DNA of 64,000 nucleotides from Polyangiaceae bacterium. GTDB taxonomy: Bacteria > Myxococcota_A > Polyangia > Polyangiales > Polyangiaceae. This document shows positions 1 to 9,285 of this stretch, piece by piece. The stretch covers positions 96,001 to 160,000 of the forward strand of contig JBILLK010000019.1 in assembly GCA_044376115.1 (NCBI GenBank). Reading direction: 5' to 3'. Made by a program: the position numbers and the translations under genes. The notes beneath the pieces are model-generated. The model made no database searches. It was not told where the DNA came from and was given only the letters and a program-made list of their open reading frames with translations. Positions within the stretch are counted from its first letter, which is position 1. Each line of letters begins with the position of its first letter.

Positions 1-257
1 TTGATGTGCGCAAGTTGCCACACGCCGAGACCATCGCGGAGATCTGCTGCCACCCGGTGCTGCGTGAAATCCTGCTCGCGATCGGTTGGCACATCGCGCT
101 CGGCGACCGCGAACTAAGCGCGCCCGAAGAGAAGCTCTGGCTGCGGCTTGCCAGGCTCTTCTCGATTCCTGAGCAGCGGGCACACGAACTCGCTGCAACC
201 ATTGAGGCCTACGGTGAAGGTCGCCCAAGCGCGAAGGACGCGCCCGTTGGTGAATGA
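1..257 (+). CDS. TerB-like (tellurite resistance fold) protein, 5'-truncated by window edge
   Basis: Frame open from window start; 'HIALGDRELSAPEEKLWLRLARLFSI' resembles the TerB A.aDG.l...E...l..la..lgi pattern. Confidence 0.55.
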   Translation, partial: DVRKLPHAETIAEICCHPVLREILLAIGWHIALGDRELSAPEEKLWLRLARLFSIPEQRAHELAATIEAYGEGRPSAKDAPVGE

Positions 258-294
258 CTCGTGACCGTCTCTTCCTCCCAGGGTAGAGAAGCGC

Positions 295-666
295 ATGTCC
301 CGACAGATTCACGATGCCAGCGCCAGAACGGCTGCCGCTCAGGCCTTCCTTTCGAGTTACCACGCCGACGTCGTCGACTCGGTAGTCCGCGCCGTGAAGG
401 AGGAGCGTGTGGTGGTGGTGGGAATGAAGCAGAACCCCCACGTGAAGAACGTACGCAAGGCGCTGGATGAAGCGGGAATCGCCTTCCGCTACCTCGAGAT
501 CGGGAGCTACTTCTCTGAATGGAAGGCGCGGCTCGCGATCAAAATGTGGAGCGGCTGGCCCACCTTCCCGCAGGTGTTCGTGCGCGGGGAGTTGTTCGGC
601 GGCGAGGACCTGGTCAAGGCCGCCTTGGCGGACGGTTCACTGCGCGCACGTCTCGATCGCGTTTGA
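295..666 (+). CDS. Glutaredoxin-like protein without cysteines
   Basis: WPTFPQVFVRGELFGG Grx motif; MKQNPH in place of CxxC/CGFS. Confidence 0.8.
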   Translation: MSRQIHDASARTAAAQAFLSSYHADVVDSVVRAVKEERVVVVGMKQNPHVKNVRKALDEAGIAFRYLEIGSYFSEWKARLAIKMWSGWPTFPQVFVRGELFGGEDLVKAALADGSLRARLDRV

Positions 667-668
667 GT

Positions 669-1739
669 TCAGTCGAGCAGCGGCCGAGCGCGCTCGCCGG
701 AAAAACGCAGGTGCACGTGGTCCATGTGCCACGGTGAGGCCACCAGCACGCCCTCCTCGGAGAGGGCGACGCTGGCGAGCTCTTTCAGGAAGCCTCGTTC
801 GCGTAGCTCCTGGCCCACGCGGATGAGCTCGCGACGGTAGGCGTCATCGACGAACACCTTCACCAACCGGCCTTCCTCCTCCTCGGCGATGGTGCCGATG
901 AAGTACGCCAAACGCTCGAAGTCGATGCCCTTGGCGGTCCCCGGTGAGCAGCCCGCGTGGGTCTCGTCGAGGAACACCCGTTTGCAATGATCCCGCACGT
1001 TGGACGGCAAGAAGTCGTTGGCGGGCAGCCCCACGTCCACGTCGGCTCCACCTTCATGGCTGATATGGCGGACGACCCCGAGGTCGGTCTTGGGGCGTTT
1101 GCCGTTCCATTGGCTGATGTCGGAGACCCAGATCGGCTCCGAGTCGAAGGTCTTTCGCGTCTTCTCGAAGGCCGCCATCAGCGATTGCACGACGTCGATG
1201 CGAGCAAACGTGTAACGCGCCGGGCCCTGTACCAAGTAGCCAGCCGTGCGTCCTCGTGGCGCAGGTAGCCCGACCAAGCTGCGGGCCAGCTCGGAGCCGT
1301 CCTTTAGTCCGCGCACCGAGGGCGGTTTGTTGTCGTCGCTCGAGGTCGCGATCAAGGTGAGCGTCACCGGGTCGGCGACGTCTACGAGGAGGCTCAATTC
1401 CTCCGCTTCGTCGGCCGTGAGGCCCGAATAAACGCAGGGCAGAAGGCCGTCCTCCTCCATCGGCGCTGCGCGCCTCACCGCGCGCGCAAACGGACCTTGG
1501 CCGAAGATCCGCGCACCCAACAGCGCCTCCCGCGGCCCGCGTACGACCAGCGAGACGAAGGAGCTCGCCGGCACCTTCGCGGTGAGCAGGCTGCGGCCGG
1601 CGGGTAGCGATAGCGGTGAGGTCTCGAGCGACAACGTGAGCGCGGAACTCGCGCCTTCGTCGGCCCAGCTGCGTGGGCTCAAGCCAAGCCCGAACAGCGC
1701 GCCGGCCGAGAGCAGCGACCGCCGCGAGCAGGCGCTCAT
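669..1739 (-). CDS. Penicillin-insensitive murein endopeptidase (MepA-like, LAS family) with Tat-like signal
   Basis: HISHEGGADVD and HMDHVHLR zinc motifs; N-terminal SRRSLL; start overlaps the upstream stop (ATGA). Confidence 0.7.
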   Translation of the reverse strand: MSACSRRSLLSAGALFGLGLSPRSWADEGASSALTLSLETSPLSLPAGRSLLTAKVPASSFVSLVVRGPREALLGARIFGQGPFARAVRRAAPMEEDGLLPCVYSGLTADEAEELSLLVDVADPVTLTLIATSSDDNKPPSVRGLKDGSELARSLVGLPAPRGRTAGYLVQGPARYTFARIDVVQSLMAAFEKTRKTFDSEPIWVSDISQWNGKRPKTDLGVVRHISHEGGADVDVGLPANDFLPSNVRDHCKRVFLDETHAGCSPGTAKGIDFERLAYFIGTIAEEEEGRLVKVFVDDAYRRELIRVGQELRERGFLKELASVALSEEGVLVASPWHMDHVHLRFSGERARPLLD

Positions 1740-3652
1740 TCGTGAACGATCACCACGGTGCCTTCACCGAACTCTTCACCGGCGATCACGCTGTGCCAGC
1801 CCTCGGGGATCGCCGGCTCGGTCCATAGGAAGACGCGATGGGCGTCGATCGGCGAGAGGTTCACGCAACCGTGACTGCGCTTCTTGCCGAACACGTCATG
1901 CCAATAGGCCGCGTGCAGCGCGAAGCCCGACTCGAAGTATTGGATGTAGGGCACGTCGCGCAGGGCGTAAGTCCCTTCACCGCGGCGCTTGGTTACGCCG
2001 TATTCGCCGTCTCCCTTCTTGGGGATCGGCTTGCCGTCGGCCTTGGCCTTCGGATCCGCCTTGGCCTTCGGATCGGCTTTGGGCTTGGGTGCCGCTTTGG
2101 GATCTTTGGCTTTGGGCTTGTCCTTCGGCTTGGCTTTGTCAGGCGTTTTGGCGCCCGGCTTCGCGTCTTTGGCCGCAGGCTTCGCGTCTTTGTTGGCCGG
2201 CTTTCCCTCGGCGTCCGCTTTGGGTGCTGAGCGTTTGGCGAAGCTCTGGCTGCCGCCCACCGAGGTCGACTCATTGGAGTCCATGGTGGCGGTAATGTGC
2301 TTGTTGCGAATGCGGAACTCCCCAACGACGGTGGGGTACTCCTCGCGGCCGGTGGAGACCAACGTCGCGTAGATGGGCCGTTTGCCCTCCCACATCACCA
2401 ACGTTTGCTCGTTCAGGCTGACCTCGATCCATTTGCCGCCCTCTTCGGCCACCTTCGGCCAGGTGCGCGGCGCGATCACCAAACCAACGTCGCTGCCGCG
2501 TACGAAGCTGCCGTCGGTGAGGCCGAGGTAGCGTTCGCCGTTGGCCTTCTTTTGTTTGCCGGTGAGCTTGACCGTGGAGCGATGGGTAAGCTCCTCGCCG
2601 CGTGTCGCGACACCGTCGGAGATCGAGAAGCGAGCGGCGCCGTCTTCGCGCACGAAGGCGAAGGGCAGCTCGGTCGGCTCATTGATCTCAACGCCGTGCC
2701 AGGGCGAGCCTGAATCTGGCTTCACCTTGGTGGTGGGCGCCAAACGCAGATCCGTCATGATGCCGAAGCGTCGGTTCAGGCCCTCCTCGCCCAGGGCGAA
2801 GGAGCCAACAAAGGCCAGGCCCGTGAAGCGACGTGCGCGGTCGGCGAAGGCTGCGTATTCCGGCACCTCGAAGTCGGAGACGTTGGGGATCGCTCGTTTG
2901 CCGCCGGCGAGCCAAGCGGGGATCGGGTCGTTGTCGCTCTGACCGCCGAAGAGCTGCCCCAAGCCGAGTTCGGTCGAGTTTTTCTGCTCGCCTAGCTCGC
3001 CCACGGCCTTGTTTTTGAGCGGCACGCCGCGCTCGTCCACAGGCACGTCCCAGGCTCCGAGTTTGACCTTGTTGACCTCGCTGGCGTTGGCTGCGTACCA
3101 ATCCAAATGGTCCTTCAGCTTGAACTCGGCCTTGTGTTGTTGCTCCGCCGTCGGCGCGATCAAATACATCGGTAAAACGGCGCGCACGAAGCCGTAGCGA
3201 TAGGGCAGCGGAGCCACCAAGTTTGGCCGCACCGAGGCCGCTGCGAGGATCGGATCATCGAGATCGATGGTGGCGTCTTTGCCCACACACACGAAGCCGA
3301 CCGGCTCGATTTGATACCAGCCGCCGGGGCAAGCCTTGTTGGTGCTATGCGGCTGCTCCGAGCGAGGCACCTTGGAGCCGAGCCGCAGGTAGCCGAGCTT
3401 GCGCGAGGTGTCCCGCGGTTCGTCGTAGACGATGGTGGTGAAGGACGTGACCCCCAACATCGGCCGACCGTCCGGCGCCATGCTCTTCGGGATCGAGTTC
3501 TTGCCGAAATTGACGGCCGGCGGCACCACGCCGGCGGGACCTGGGGCCGAGCTCGAGGCCTGCACTTCGGCCGAGCCTTCGGTGGGCGAGGGGCGTTGGC
3601 AGCTGATCTGCAGCGCGCACGAAAACGCCAGCATCGAAACGGCCCATCTCAT
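1736..3652 (-). CDS. L,D-transpeptidase (YkuD domain), probable lipoprotein
   Basis: IEVSLNEQTL...VSTG...HAAYWHDVFGKKRSHGCVNLS; likely start ATG 3652 (MRWAVSML...ISC). Confidence 0.88.
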   Translation of the reverse strand: MRWAVSMLAFSCALQISCQRPSPTEGSAEVQASSSAPGPAGVVPPAVNFGKNSIPKSMAPDGRPMLGVTSFTTIVYDEPRDTSRKLGYLRLGSKVPRSEQPHSTNKACPGGWYQIEPVGFVCVGKDATIDLDDPILAAASVRPNLVAPLPYRYGFVRAVLPMYLIAPTAEQQHKAEFKLKDHLDWYAANASEVNKVKLGAWDVPVDERGVPLKNKAVGELGEQKNSTELGLGQLFGGQSDNDPIPAWLAGGKRAIPNVSDFEVPEYAAFADRARRFTGLAFVGSFALGEEGLNRRFGIMTDLRLAPTTKVKPDSGSPWHGVEINEPTELPFAFVREDGAARFSISDGVATRGEELTHRSTVKLTGKQKKANGERYLGLTDGSFVRGSDVGLVIAPRTWPKVAEEGGKWIEVSLNEQTLVMWEGKRPIYATLVSTGREEYPTVVGEFRIRNKHITATMDSNESTSVGGSQSFAKRSAPKADAEGKPANKDAKPAAKDAKPGAKTPDKAKPKDKPKAKDPKAAPKPKADPKAKADPKAKADGKPIPKKGDGEYGVTKRRGEGTYALRDVPYIQYFESGFALHAAYWHDVFGKKRSHGCVNLSPIDAHRVFLWTEPAIPEGWHSVIAGEEFGEGTVVIVHE

Positions 3653-3805
3653 GGGGAGGTTCTGCCAAAGAATCGCTCCAGACGCACGAGCGAATTTTCC
3701 ACTGCTGCCGTAGGAGCCCCGCAACGTGACCTTTGGCTCGACATTGCAAGCCATCTTCGGAATGATGGCGCGCCCCTTGCCGCCGGCTTGGACGCCAACC
3801 TAGAC

Positions 3806-5155
3806 ATGCCCAAATCCTTTCTCCTTCGGTCGATTCGGAGCGTCGCGTTTGCGACAGCGCTGCTGCCAACGGTTGCTCTACCGTGCGCGGCCTTTGCTCA
3901 GAGTGGCGGCGGCGCAAGCGCGGCGAGCCCCGCCAAACACCCGCTCGTCATCTATACCGAGGGGCAGAAATCCAGCGACGCTACCGATCTTGTGACCAGT
4001 ACGCTGCCGGAGACCGCTGCGCTCGACGCCAACGATGCGTTCAAGAAGGCGGCTCAGAAGCGCGGTCAGAAGTTCCCGCTCGGCATCACGCTCACGCTCG
4101 AATCCAAGCGGCAGGCCATGCTCAGCAAGCTGGGCGCCGCCGCCACCGACGTCGGGCTCGAAGTCGTCATCCTCGGCGTCGTGAGGCCTTCGAAGCCCTC
4201 CGGTCGGGAGGTCTTGTTGCTGGTGCTGGAGGCCGGCAAAGACTCGCCGAGCGTGGAGAAGGTGATCAAACTCGGCGCGCCCAATTCCAAAGAAGAGACG
4301 CAAGCTGCGCTCAAGGAGCTCTATGACTCCTGGGCGCCTCCGGTCGTGGCGACGACCACGGAGACCCCAACCGACAAGCCTGCGGAGGAAAAGCCAAAAG
4401 AAGAGGAGGGCGCTGACTTCGTGCGGCCGCCCAACGTGTACGGCCACGAGATCTTCCAAGGCTTCGTCGGCTTTGATTTGGCTGGGCGCTTCTTCAATTA
4501 CAACGACGAGGTATCGAACAACCTGCGTGCATACGACGTGTTCGGCGCGCCCGGAATTGCGGTCAACTTGTCGGTCTATCCGCTTGCGCCCACCGGCATC
4601 GTCTTTCTGCGAGACCTCGGTCTCACCGGGGACTTCCGCATCGCGCTCGGGCTCTCGTCGGCCACCGCGGACGGCAGCGAAGTCGGTACGATGTGGCAGC
4701 GGTTTGGCGGTGGCTTGCGTTACAGGTTGCCGCTCGGCCCCACCGAGGCGCCCTACGTTCTCGGCTTCCGCGGTGGTTTCTATCAGGACGCCTTCACGAT
4801 TGATGAGACGGCCGAACTCGTGGGCGAATCGCCCACCACCGAGTACAACTTCATGCGCGGCGGGCTCGATTTGCGGCTGCCGCTCGGCCCAGTGGCGATC
4901 ACGGCTTTCGGCAATTACAACGGCGCGCTCGCGACCGGTGCCGTGGGTGACCGCTTCAAAGACACCAAGATCGGCGGCATCGACGTCGGTGGTGGTTTGA
5001 CGGTGCCGATCATCTCCGGGCTCGAGGCGCGCCTGCAAGCTGAGTACGTGCGCTGGTTCTACGCCTTCGGTCCGGTGCCCGGAGACAGCTATGTCGCCGG
5101 TGGCGCGCTCGATGAGAACGTCCATATCGAGATCGGTCCTCAATACGTTTATTGA
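3806..5155 (+). CDS. Secreted protein with C-terminal outer-membrane beta-barrel
   Basis: Signal peptide (AFA-Q), Pro/Thr/Glu linker, amphipathic beta strands, terminal QYVY. Confidence 0.65.
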   Translation: MPKSFLLRSIRSVAFATALLPTVALPCAAFAQSGGGASAASPAKHPLVIYTEGQKSSDATDLVTSTLPETAALDANDAFKKAAQKRGQKFPLGITLTLESKRQAMLSKLGAAATDVGLEVVILGVVRPSKPSGREVLLLVLEAGKDSPSVEKVIKLGAPNSKEETQAALKELYDSWAPPVVATTTETPTDKPAEEKPKEEEGADFVRPPNVYGHEIFQGFVGFDLAGRFFNYNDEVSNNLRAYDVFGAPGIAVNLSVYPLAPTGIVFLRDLGLTGDFRIALGLSSATADGSEVGTMWQRFGGGLRYRLPLGPTEAPYVLGFRGGFYQDAFTIDETAELVGESPTTEYNFMRGGLDLRLPLGPVAITAFGNYNGALATGAVGDRFKDTKIGGIDVGGGLTVPIISGLEARLQAEYVRWFYAFGPVPGDSYVAGGALDENVHIEIGPQYVY

Positions 5156-5195
5156 CCCTCCTTTCCGCAATCCTCCGACCCCATCGAATAGCCCC

Positions 5196-5663
5196 ATGAC
5201 CTCATCTCAGACTCCGCGGAACATTGCTCGACTCGTTGGGATTGGCCCCTTCGCTGCCGTCATTCTTACGGTCGCGCTTTCCGGTGCGGGTTGCCCGGGG
5301 AGTCTCGAGAACAAAGATCAATTCCTCACCACCGGCGGTGGCGGGGAGGGCGGCGGCGGTTGTGGAGACGTGCCGGCATTTCTTCAGCAGCGTTGCGCCT
5401 CCTCCAATTGTCACGACGCGGACATGCCCATCGCTGGCTTGGACCTGACGGACGATGAAGGCTTGGTGGCGCGCATCAAAGACGTCGACGGTCTGGGCAG
5501 CGGCTGCACCACGGCAAAGCTTGCGGACTCGGCCAACCCTGCGGAGAGCCTGATCTACACCAAGTGCGTGGCCCCCACCTGCGGTAGCAAAATGCCGATC
5601 GGTGGAACTGCGTTCACGCAGACCGACTTCGACTGCATCTTGGGCTGGCTCGAGTCGATCTGA
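5196..5663 (+). CDS. Putative c-type cytochrome lipoprotein
   Basis: Lipobox-like GAGC, Gly linker, CASSNCH (CX4CH), distal KMP, C-terminal I..W. Confidence 0.6.
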   Translation: MTSSQTPRNIARLVGIGPFAAVILTVALSGAGCPGSLENKDQFLTTGGGGEGGGGCGDVPAFLQQRCASSNCHDADMPIAGLDLTDDEGLVARIKDVDGLGSGCTTAKLADSANPAESLIYTKCVAPTCGSKMPIGGTAFTQTDFDCILGWLESI

Positions 5664-5709
5664 AGCGTGGACGGTTGTGAGGGCGCAGGTTGTTCAATAG
5701 CTTGCGCCG

Positions 5710-6486
5710 ATGCGATTGCCCCTACTTCTGGTCCTCGGTCTCAGCTCTCTCTCCCTCGCTTGCGGCTCGGAGGCCGGCAGCGCGAGTTCCGCGCAAGCTG
5801 ATGGTTCCTCCGCGTCCAAGGATGCAAAGAAGACGTCCAAGAGCGCAGCTCCCTCCGCGAGCGCCGCAGCGAGCGCGGCACCGACGAGCGCTCCGACGAG
5901 CGCCCCAACGGCCAACGCTTCGGCCGCACCGAGCGCAGCTCCCGCGGCCAGCGGCTCGCCTAGCGCACCGCCTGCAGCCGGTGGCCTAGCCTCGATGTTC
6001 ACCGGTGATCCGGACCCGGCGATCAAGTTCCTCAAGCAGAAGCAAATTCCGAATGAGCCGGTGTGGATTCAGATCGTTCCCTATTGGGAAGCCAACACCG
6101 ATGAGCCTTCGCCGAACGAGCCGTACACGACGCTCGATCTGTACGGAAAGGACAAGCACGCGTACATCGGCATGGGGCTGTACGCCGTGGATCCCAGCAA
6201 AGAGGCGAACCGTCTTTCGAACCACTGCTCGTGGGCCTCGGCGAGCAAGTGCACCTTCGGTGAGCCCGTCGACGGCACGCTCGGGCAGGGCATCAAGGTG
6301 AAGATCGCCGAAGGTACCGCGGAGATCATGCGCAAGCCGGCCAAGGTTTGGTGGATGAAGGGCGACGTGCAGGGCAAGGAGCTATTCGTGTTCACTGCGC
6401 TGCGCTCCGATGTCTGGAAGAAGCTCGAGGGCGAGCAGTTGGCCATGCTCAAGAGCGTCAAGGTCATGGGCCCCAACGTGAAGTGA
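5710..6486 (+). CDS. Hypothetical lipoprotein
   Basis: LSLAC lipobox, Ser/Ala/Pro linker, strong GC3 codon bias. Confidence 0.7.
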   Translation: MRLPLLLVLGLSSLSLACGSEAGSASSAQADGSSASKDAKKTSKSAAPSASAAASAAPTSAPTSAPTANASAAPSAAPAASGSPSAPPAAGGLASMFTGDPDPAIKFLKQKQIPNEPVWIQIVPYWEANTDEPSPNEPYTTLDLYGKDKHAYIGMGLYAVDPSKEANRLSNHCSWASASKCTFGEPVDGTLGQGIKVKIAEGTAEIMRKPAKVWWMKGDVQGKELFVFTALRSDVWKKLEGEQLAMLKSVKVMGPNVK

Positions 6487-6585
6487 AGCGGCCGACGGCG
6501 GGCGCGTGAGTTTGCGCGCTCGTCGATGAAGGAATCTGCGTGGGCGGACATGTAGTGGGACGACCCTTCAACCAAGGAACCCACG

Positions 6586-7233
6586 ATGAGAAACCAGAAC
6601 GTCTCTACTTTGTCCGCCCTCGTCCTCTCGACCCTGCTGCTTGGGGGTAGCAGTGGTTGCGCACAGGAGGACGCCGCCAGCGCTGCCGCTCAACTCAAAG
6701 CCGACGAGCTGCAGCAGGTGTCAACGCCGGTCGAGGTTACGGCGAACGGCTTCGTAGCGCCGCCGGGGAGCTTCAACATCTTCAGCATCTACGCCAACTA
6801 CGAAACGGCGGCGTGCGGCCTGACCGAGCACATCTACGGCATTCTCGGCCCGTCCGACGTTCGCATCGAGGAGTGTCCGGAATGTCTGTTGCCGAGCGAG
6901 ATTGAGCTCGGCGCACCGCCTGCCGACTTCGATGCGTTCGCCTGCGAACCCGGCGTCCAAGGCTGTGAGTTCCGCGAGAGCGTCGCAGGGCTGCAACCAG
7001 CCGACCTGATCTTTGACTTGCCCGTGTGTGGCGAATTCGTCGCCGCGCGCGAGTTCACGGTGGTGTTCACGCATCTCAACACCACAGCGCCGGAAGAGCC
7101 GCGGGTGTTCATCACCGCCACCGCCACGTTTGAGATCGATGAGAGCGGCGCGCTGGTTCCGCTCTCCGATTGGACGCGCTGCGTGGAGGACGCGGACGGC
7201 GCGCAATGCACGGGCCCCGCGGGCAACTATTGA
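6586..7233 (+). CDS. Hypothetical Cys-rich lipoprotein
   Basis: AAGGAA SD; SSGC lipobox-like; several Cys. Confidence 0.65.
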   Translation: MRNQNVSTLSALVLSTLLLGGSSGCAQEDAASAAAQLKADELQQVSTPVEVTANGFVAPPGSFNIFSIYANYETAACGLTEHIYGILGPSDVRIEECPECLLPSEIELGAPPADFDAFACEPGVQGCEFRESVAGLQPADLIFDLPVCGEFVAAREFTVVFTHLNTTAPEEPRVFITATATFEIDESGALVPLSDWTRCVEDADGAQCTGPAGNY

Positions 7234-7256
7234 GCGCGCGGGGCGTGAAGACCGCG

Positions 7257-7820
7257 CTATTCGCTGAGCAAACGCAGCAGCTCGCGCGCTGAGTTCACGT
7301 TCTCAGCTGGCCCGGAGATGCAATACTCGACGCGTTGCGAGCGCTCGCCCGAGGCCGACTTCAGTGTGATTCGCCAGCTGTAGTCGTGGCCGTTCTTGCC
7401 GCCCTGGCAGGCGAAGCCATCGGTCATCTCCTGATCGAACTTCGCCGAACGCACGAGACGCTGCAGCGCCTCCAGGGTTGCACCCGGGAGCTGTTTCTGC
7501 GCGTTGATCGGACGGCCATTGCGTGCGAGCGGGTGCGGCTCGAAGTGACTCAGCCAAGCGCCGTCTGAACGCGCTTCATAACGCTTGTCACACGAGTCTG
7601 TGTCGGGCGCGCAGTCGCCGTGAATGCCCCGGATGCTGACGACCCAGCTCTCGTCGCTGACGGGAAGCGCGGTCGCGCTGGCCGATGCCTGCAGCGCCCT
7701 AACGTCAGCCGAGTTGGCCGGGGCGTTGGCCTCACCGCCGGATGATGATGGCTGGCTGCAGCCCACGGTCAGCGCGAGAGTCGCCACGACGCGAGCGAAG
7801 CAGTGATTGCGAGCGAGCAT
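7257..7820 (-). CDS. Hypothetical lipoprotein
   Basis: LTVGC lipobox. Confidence 0.6.
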   Translation of the reverse strand: MLARNHCFARVVATLALTVGCSQPSSSGGEANAPANSADVRALQASASATALPVSDESWVVSIRGIHGDCAPDTDSCDKRYEARSDGAWLSHFEPHPLARNGRPINAQKQLPGATLEALQRLVRSAKFDQEMTDGFACQGGKNGHDYSWRITLKSASGERSQRVEYCISGPAENVNSARELLRLLSE

Positions 7821-7845
7821 GTGGATCAGCTCGGAGCCTAAGGTT

Positions 7846-7879
7846 GCGCGCCCTTGCTGACTAGCTGCAAAGGGCGCGT
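7846..7879 (-). terminator. GC-rich hairpin after PAS/REC gene
   Basis: GCGCGCCCTT...AAGGGCGCGT inverted repeat; no clear U-tract. Confidence 0.35.
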
Positions 7880-7891
7880 GCGCGGCTCGAG

Positions 7892-8938
7892 TCAGTGGGC
7901 GGCGTTACGCACCGCGCTGATCGCCTCGAGGAGAGAGGGCGTGTGCAGGGGCTTCTCGATGCAACGGTTCGGCAGATCGGCCACGGCTGAACTCTGACCC
8001 AGCGGCCCGGCGGAGCCGCCGCTCATGAAGATGATGCGGTCTTCGAGTTGGCCGCCAAGGCGCTGCACCCGATCGTAAAATGCCAGGCCGTCGATCCCCG
8101 GCATCGTCAGGTCGCACAAAATCGCGTCAAACGGTACCGCTTGTTCGCTCATGGCGACGAGCGCGAGCGCTGCCGATTGCACCAGCGTCACGTCGTGGTA
8201 CTTGGCGATCAAGCGGCCAACCGAGCGCAACACGAGCTCATCGTCATCAACGATCAGGACCCGTGCGCGCAGGGGCGTCTCCTCGAGGGAGCGACGTTCT
8301 TCGCGCAGCTCCTCCAGGCCGACCAGGGAACGAAGCTGCCGAACGATGCTCGCGATGCGCGTTGCGGCCTCCTGGACCTCGCCGAAGACCCGGCTGTCTT
8401 CGGCCGGAATGCGACGAGCGATCCATTCGAGGTTGGTCATCAGTGCGGCCAACGGGTTGTTGATTTCGTGCGCCAATCCAGAGACGAGGGTACTCACCTC
8501 CGTTGCGCGCGCGGCTCGCGCGAGCGCCTCGTCTGCGAGTTTGCGCTCGGTGGTGTCGCGCAGCACGCCGATGAAATGGGTGCATCGTCCGGCATCGTTG
8601 AGCACCGGCAATACGTCGAGCTCGGCCCAGAAGGTCGAGCCGTCCTTGCGGTATTTGAGCAGCTCCACCCGGATCGGCACGCGGTCCGCCCGGGCGGCTT
8701 GAATCCGCGCGAGCGTGGCGCGATCGGTGAGCGGCCCGATCGTCAAATCGGGCGTACGTGCGAGCGCCTCTTGTTCGCTGAAACCGGTCATCGCTGTGAA
8801 CGCTGGGTTCACATAGAGGATCAATCGACTGCCCGACGGCCCAGCCTCACCCTCGGTGATCAGCACAGCGTCGTGCAGGTTCTCCGCGATCAACGCCAGG
8901 AGCGATTTCGCAGCGTTGGCGATGCTCGGGTCAACCAC
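7892..8938 (-). CDS. PAS-HisKA-receiver protein lacking HATPase domain
   Basis: PAS/PAC (YVNPAFTAMTG...YRKDGSTFW), H-box LAHEINNPL, then REC (VLIVDDD...CDLTMPG...KP); no N/G1/G2 boxes. Confidence 0.8.
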   Translation of the reverse strand: MVDPSIANAAKSLLALIAENLHDAVLITEGEAGPSGSRLILYVNPAFTAMTGFSEQEALARTPDLTIGPLTDRATLARIQAARADRVPIRVELLKYRKDGSTFWAELDVLPVLNDAGRCTHFIGVLRDTTERKLADEALARAARATEVSTLVSGLAHEINNPLAALMTNLEWIARRIPAEDSRVFGEVQEAATRIASIVRQLRSLVGLEELREERRSLEETPLRARVLIVDDDELVLRSVGRLIAKYHDVTLVQSAALALVAMSEQAVPFDAILCDLTMPGIDGLAFYDRVQRLGGQLEDRIIFMSGGSAGPLGQSSAVADLPNRCIEKPLHTPSLLEAISAVRNAAH

Positions 8939-9042
8939 GTTGGCAGGCTGACTCAGCCCGCCAGCGCGGTCAAATGTTCAGAAGCTCAGCGGCGCGAGGA
9001 CACCGGTGCGCCGACGCGCGAGCGCCAGGGCTCAACCACGGT

Positions 9043-9152
9043 GATGATCTCTCCGTCATCGTCGATCAGGTCGTTCAGCTGAATCCGCGGGCGCATGCCG
9101 CTCTCGTCAGACCATTCCACGGCGGCGCAGGTGGTGCTGAGGGTGGGGTGTT
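9043..9152. repeat. ~110-bp imperfect direct repeat, copy 1
   Basis: First 48 nt identical to 11658-11705; the rest aligns with two 1-nt indels and a few substitutions. Confidence 0.9.
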
Positions 9153-9285
9153 GAGCTACGTCGTTCGGCAACTTCGCTTCGGCTCCCATAAGAGAGTCTT
9201 TAGCGAATTGTCTTAGGATGCGCAGCAGAAGACGTCGCTGTCGCACAATCGTTACACGCCTTGCTGGCTTGGCGTCACGAGCGCG

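Noticed and set aside
2030..2200. Short tandem repeats as CRISPR
   Set aside because: In-frame coding repeats without spacers; no cas genes
8986..9246. 86-aa ORF as a real gene
   Set aside because: Mostly composed of the repeat fragment; treated as a remnant
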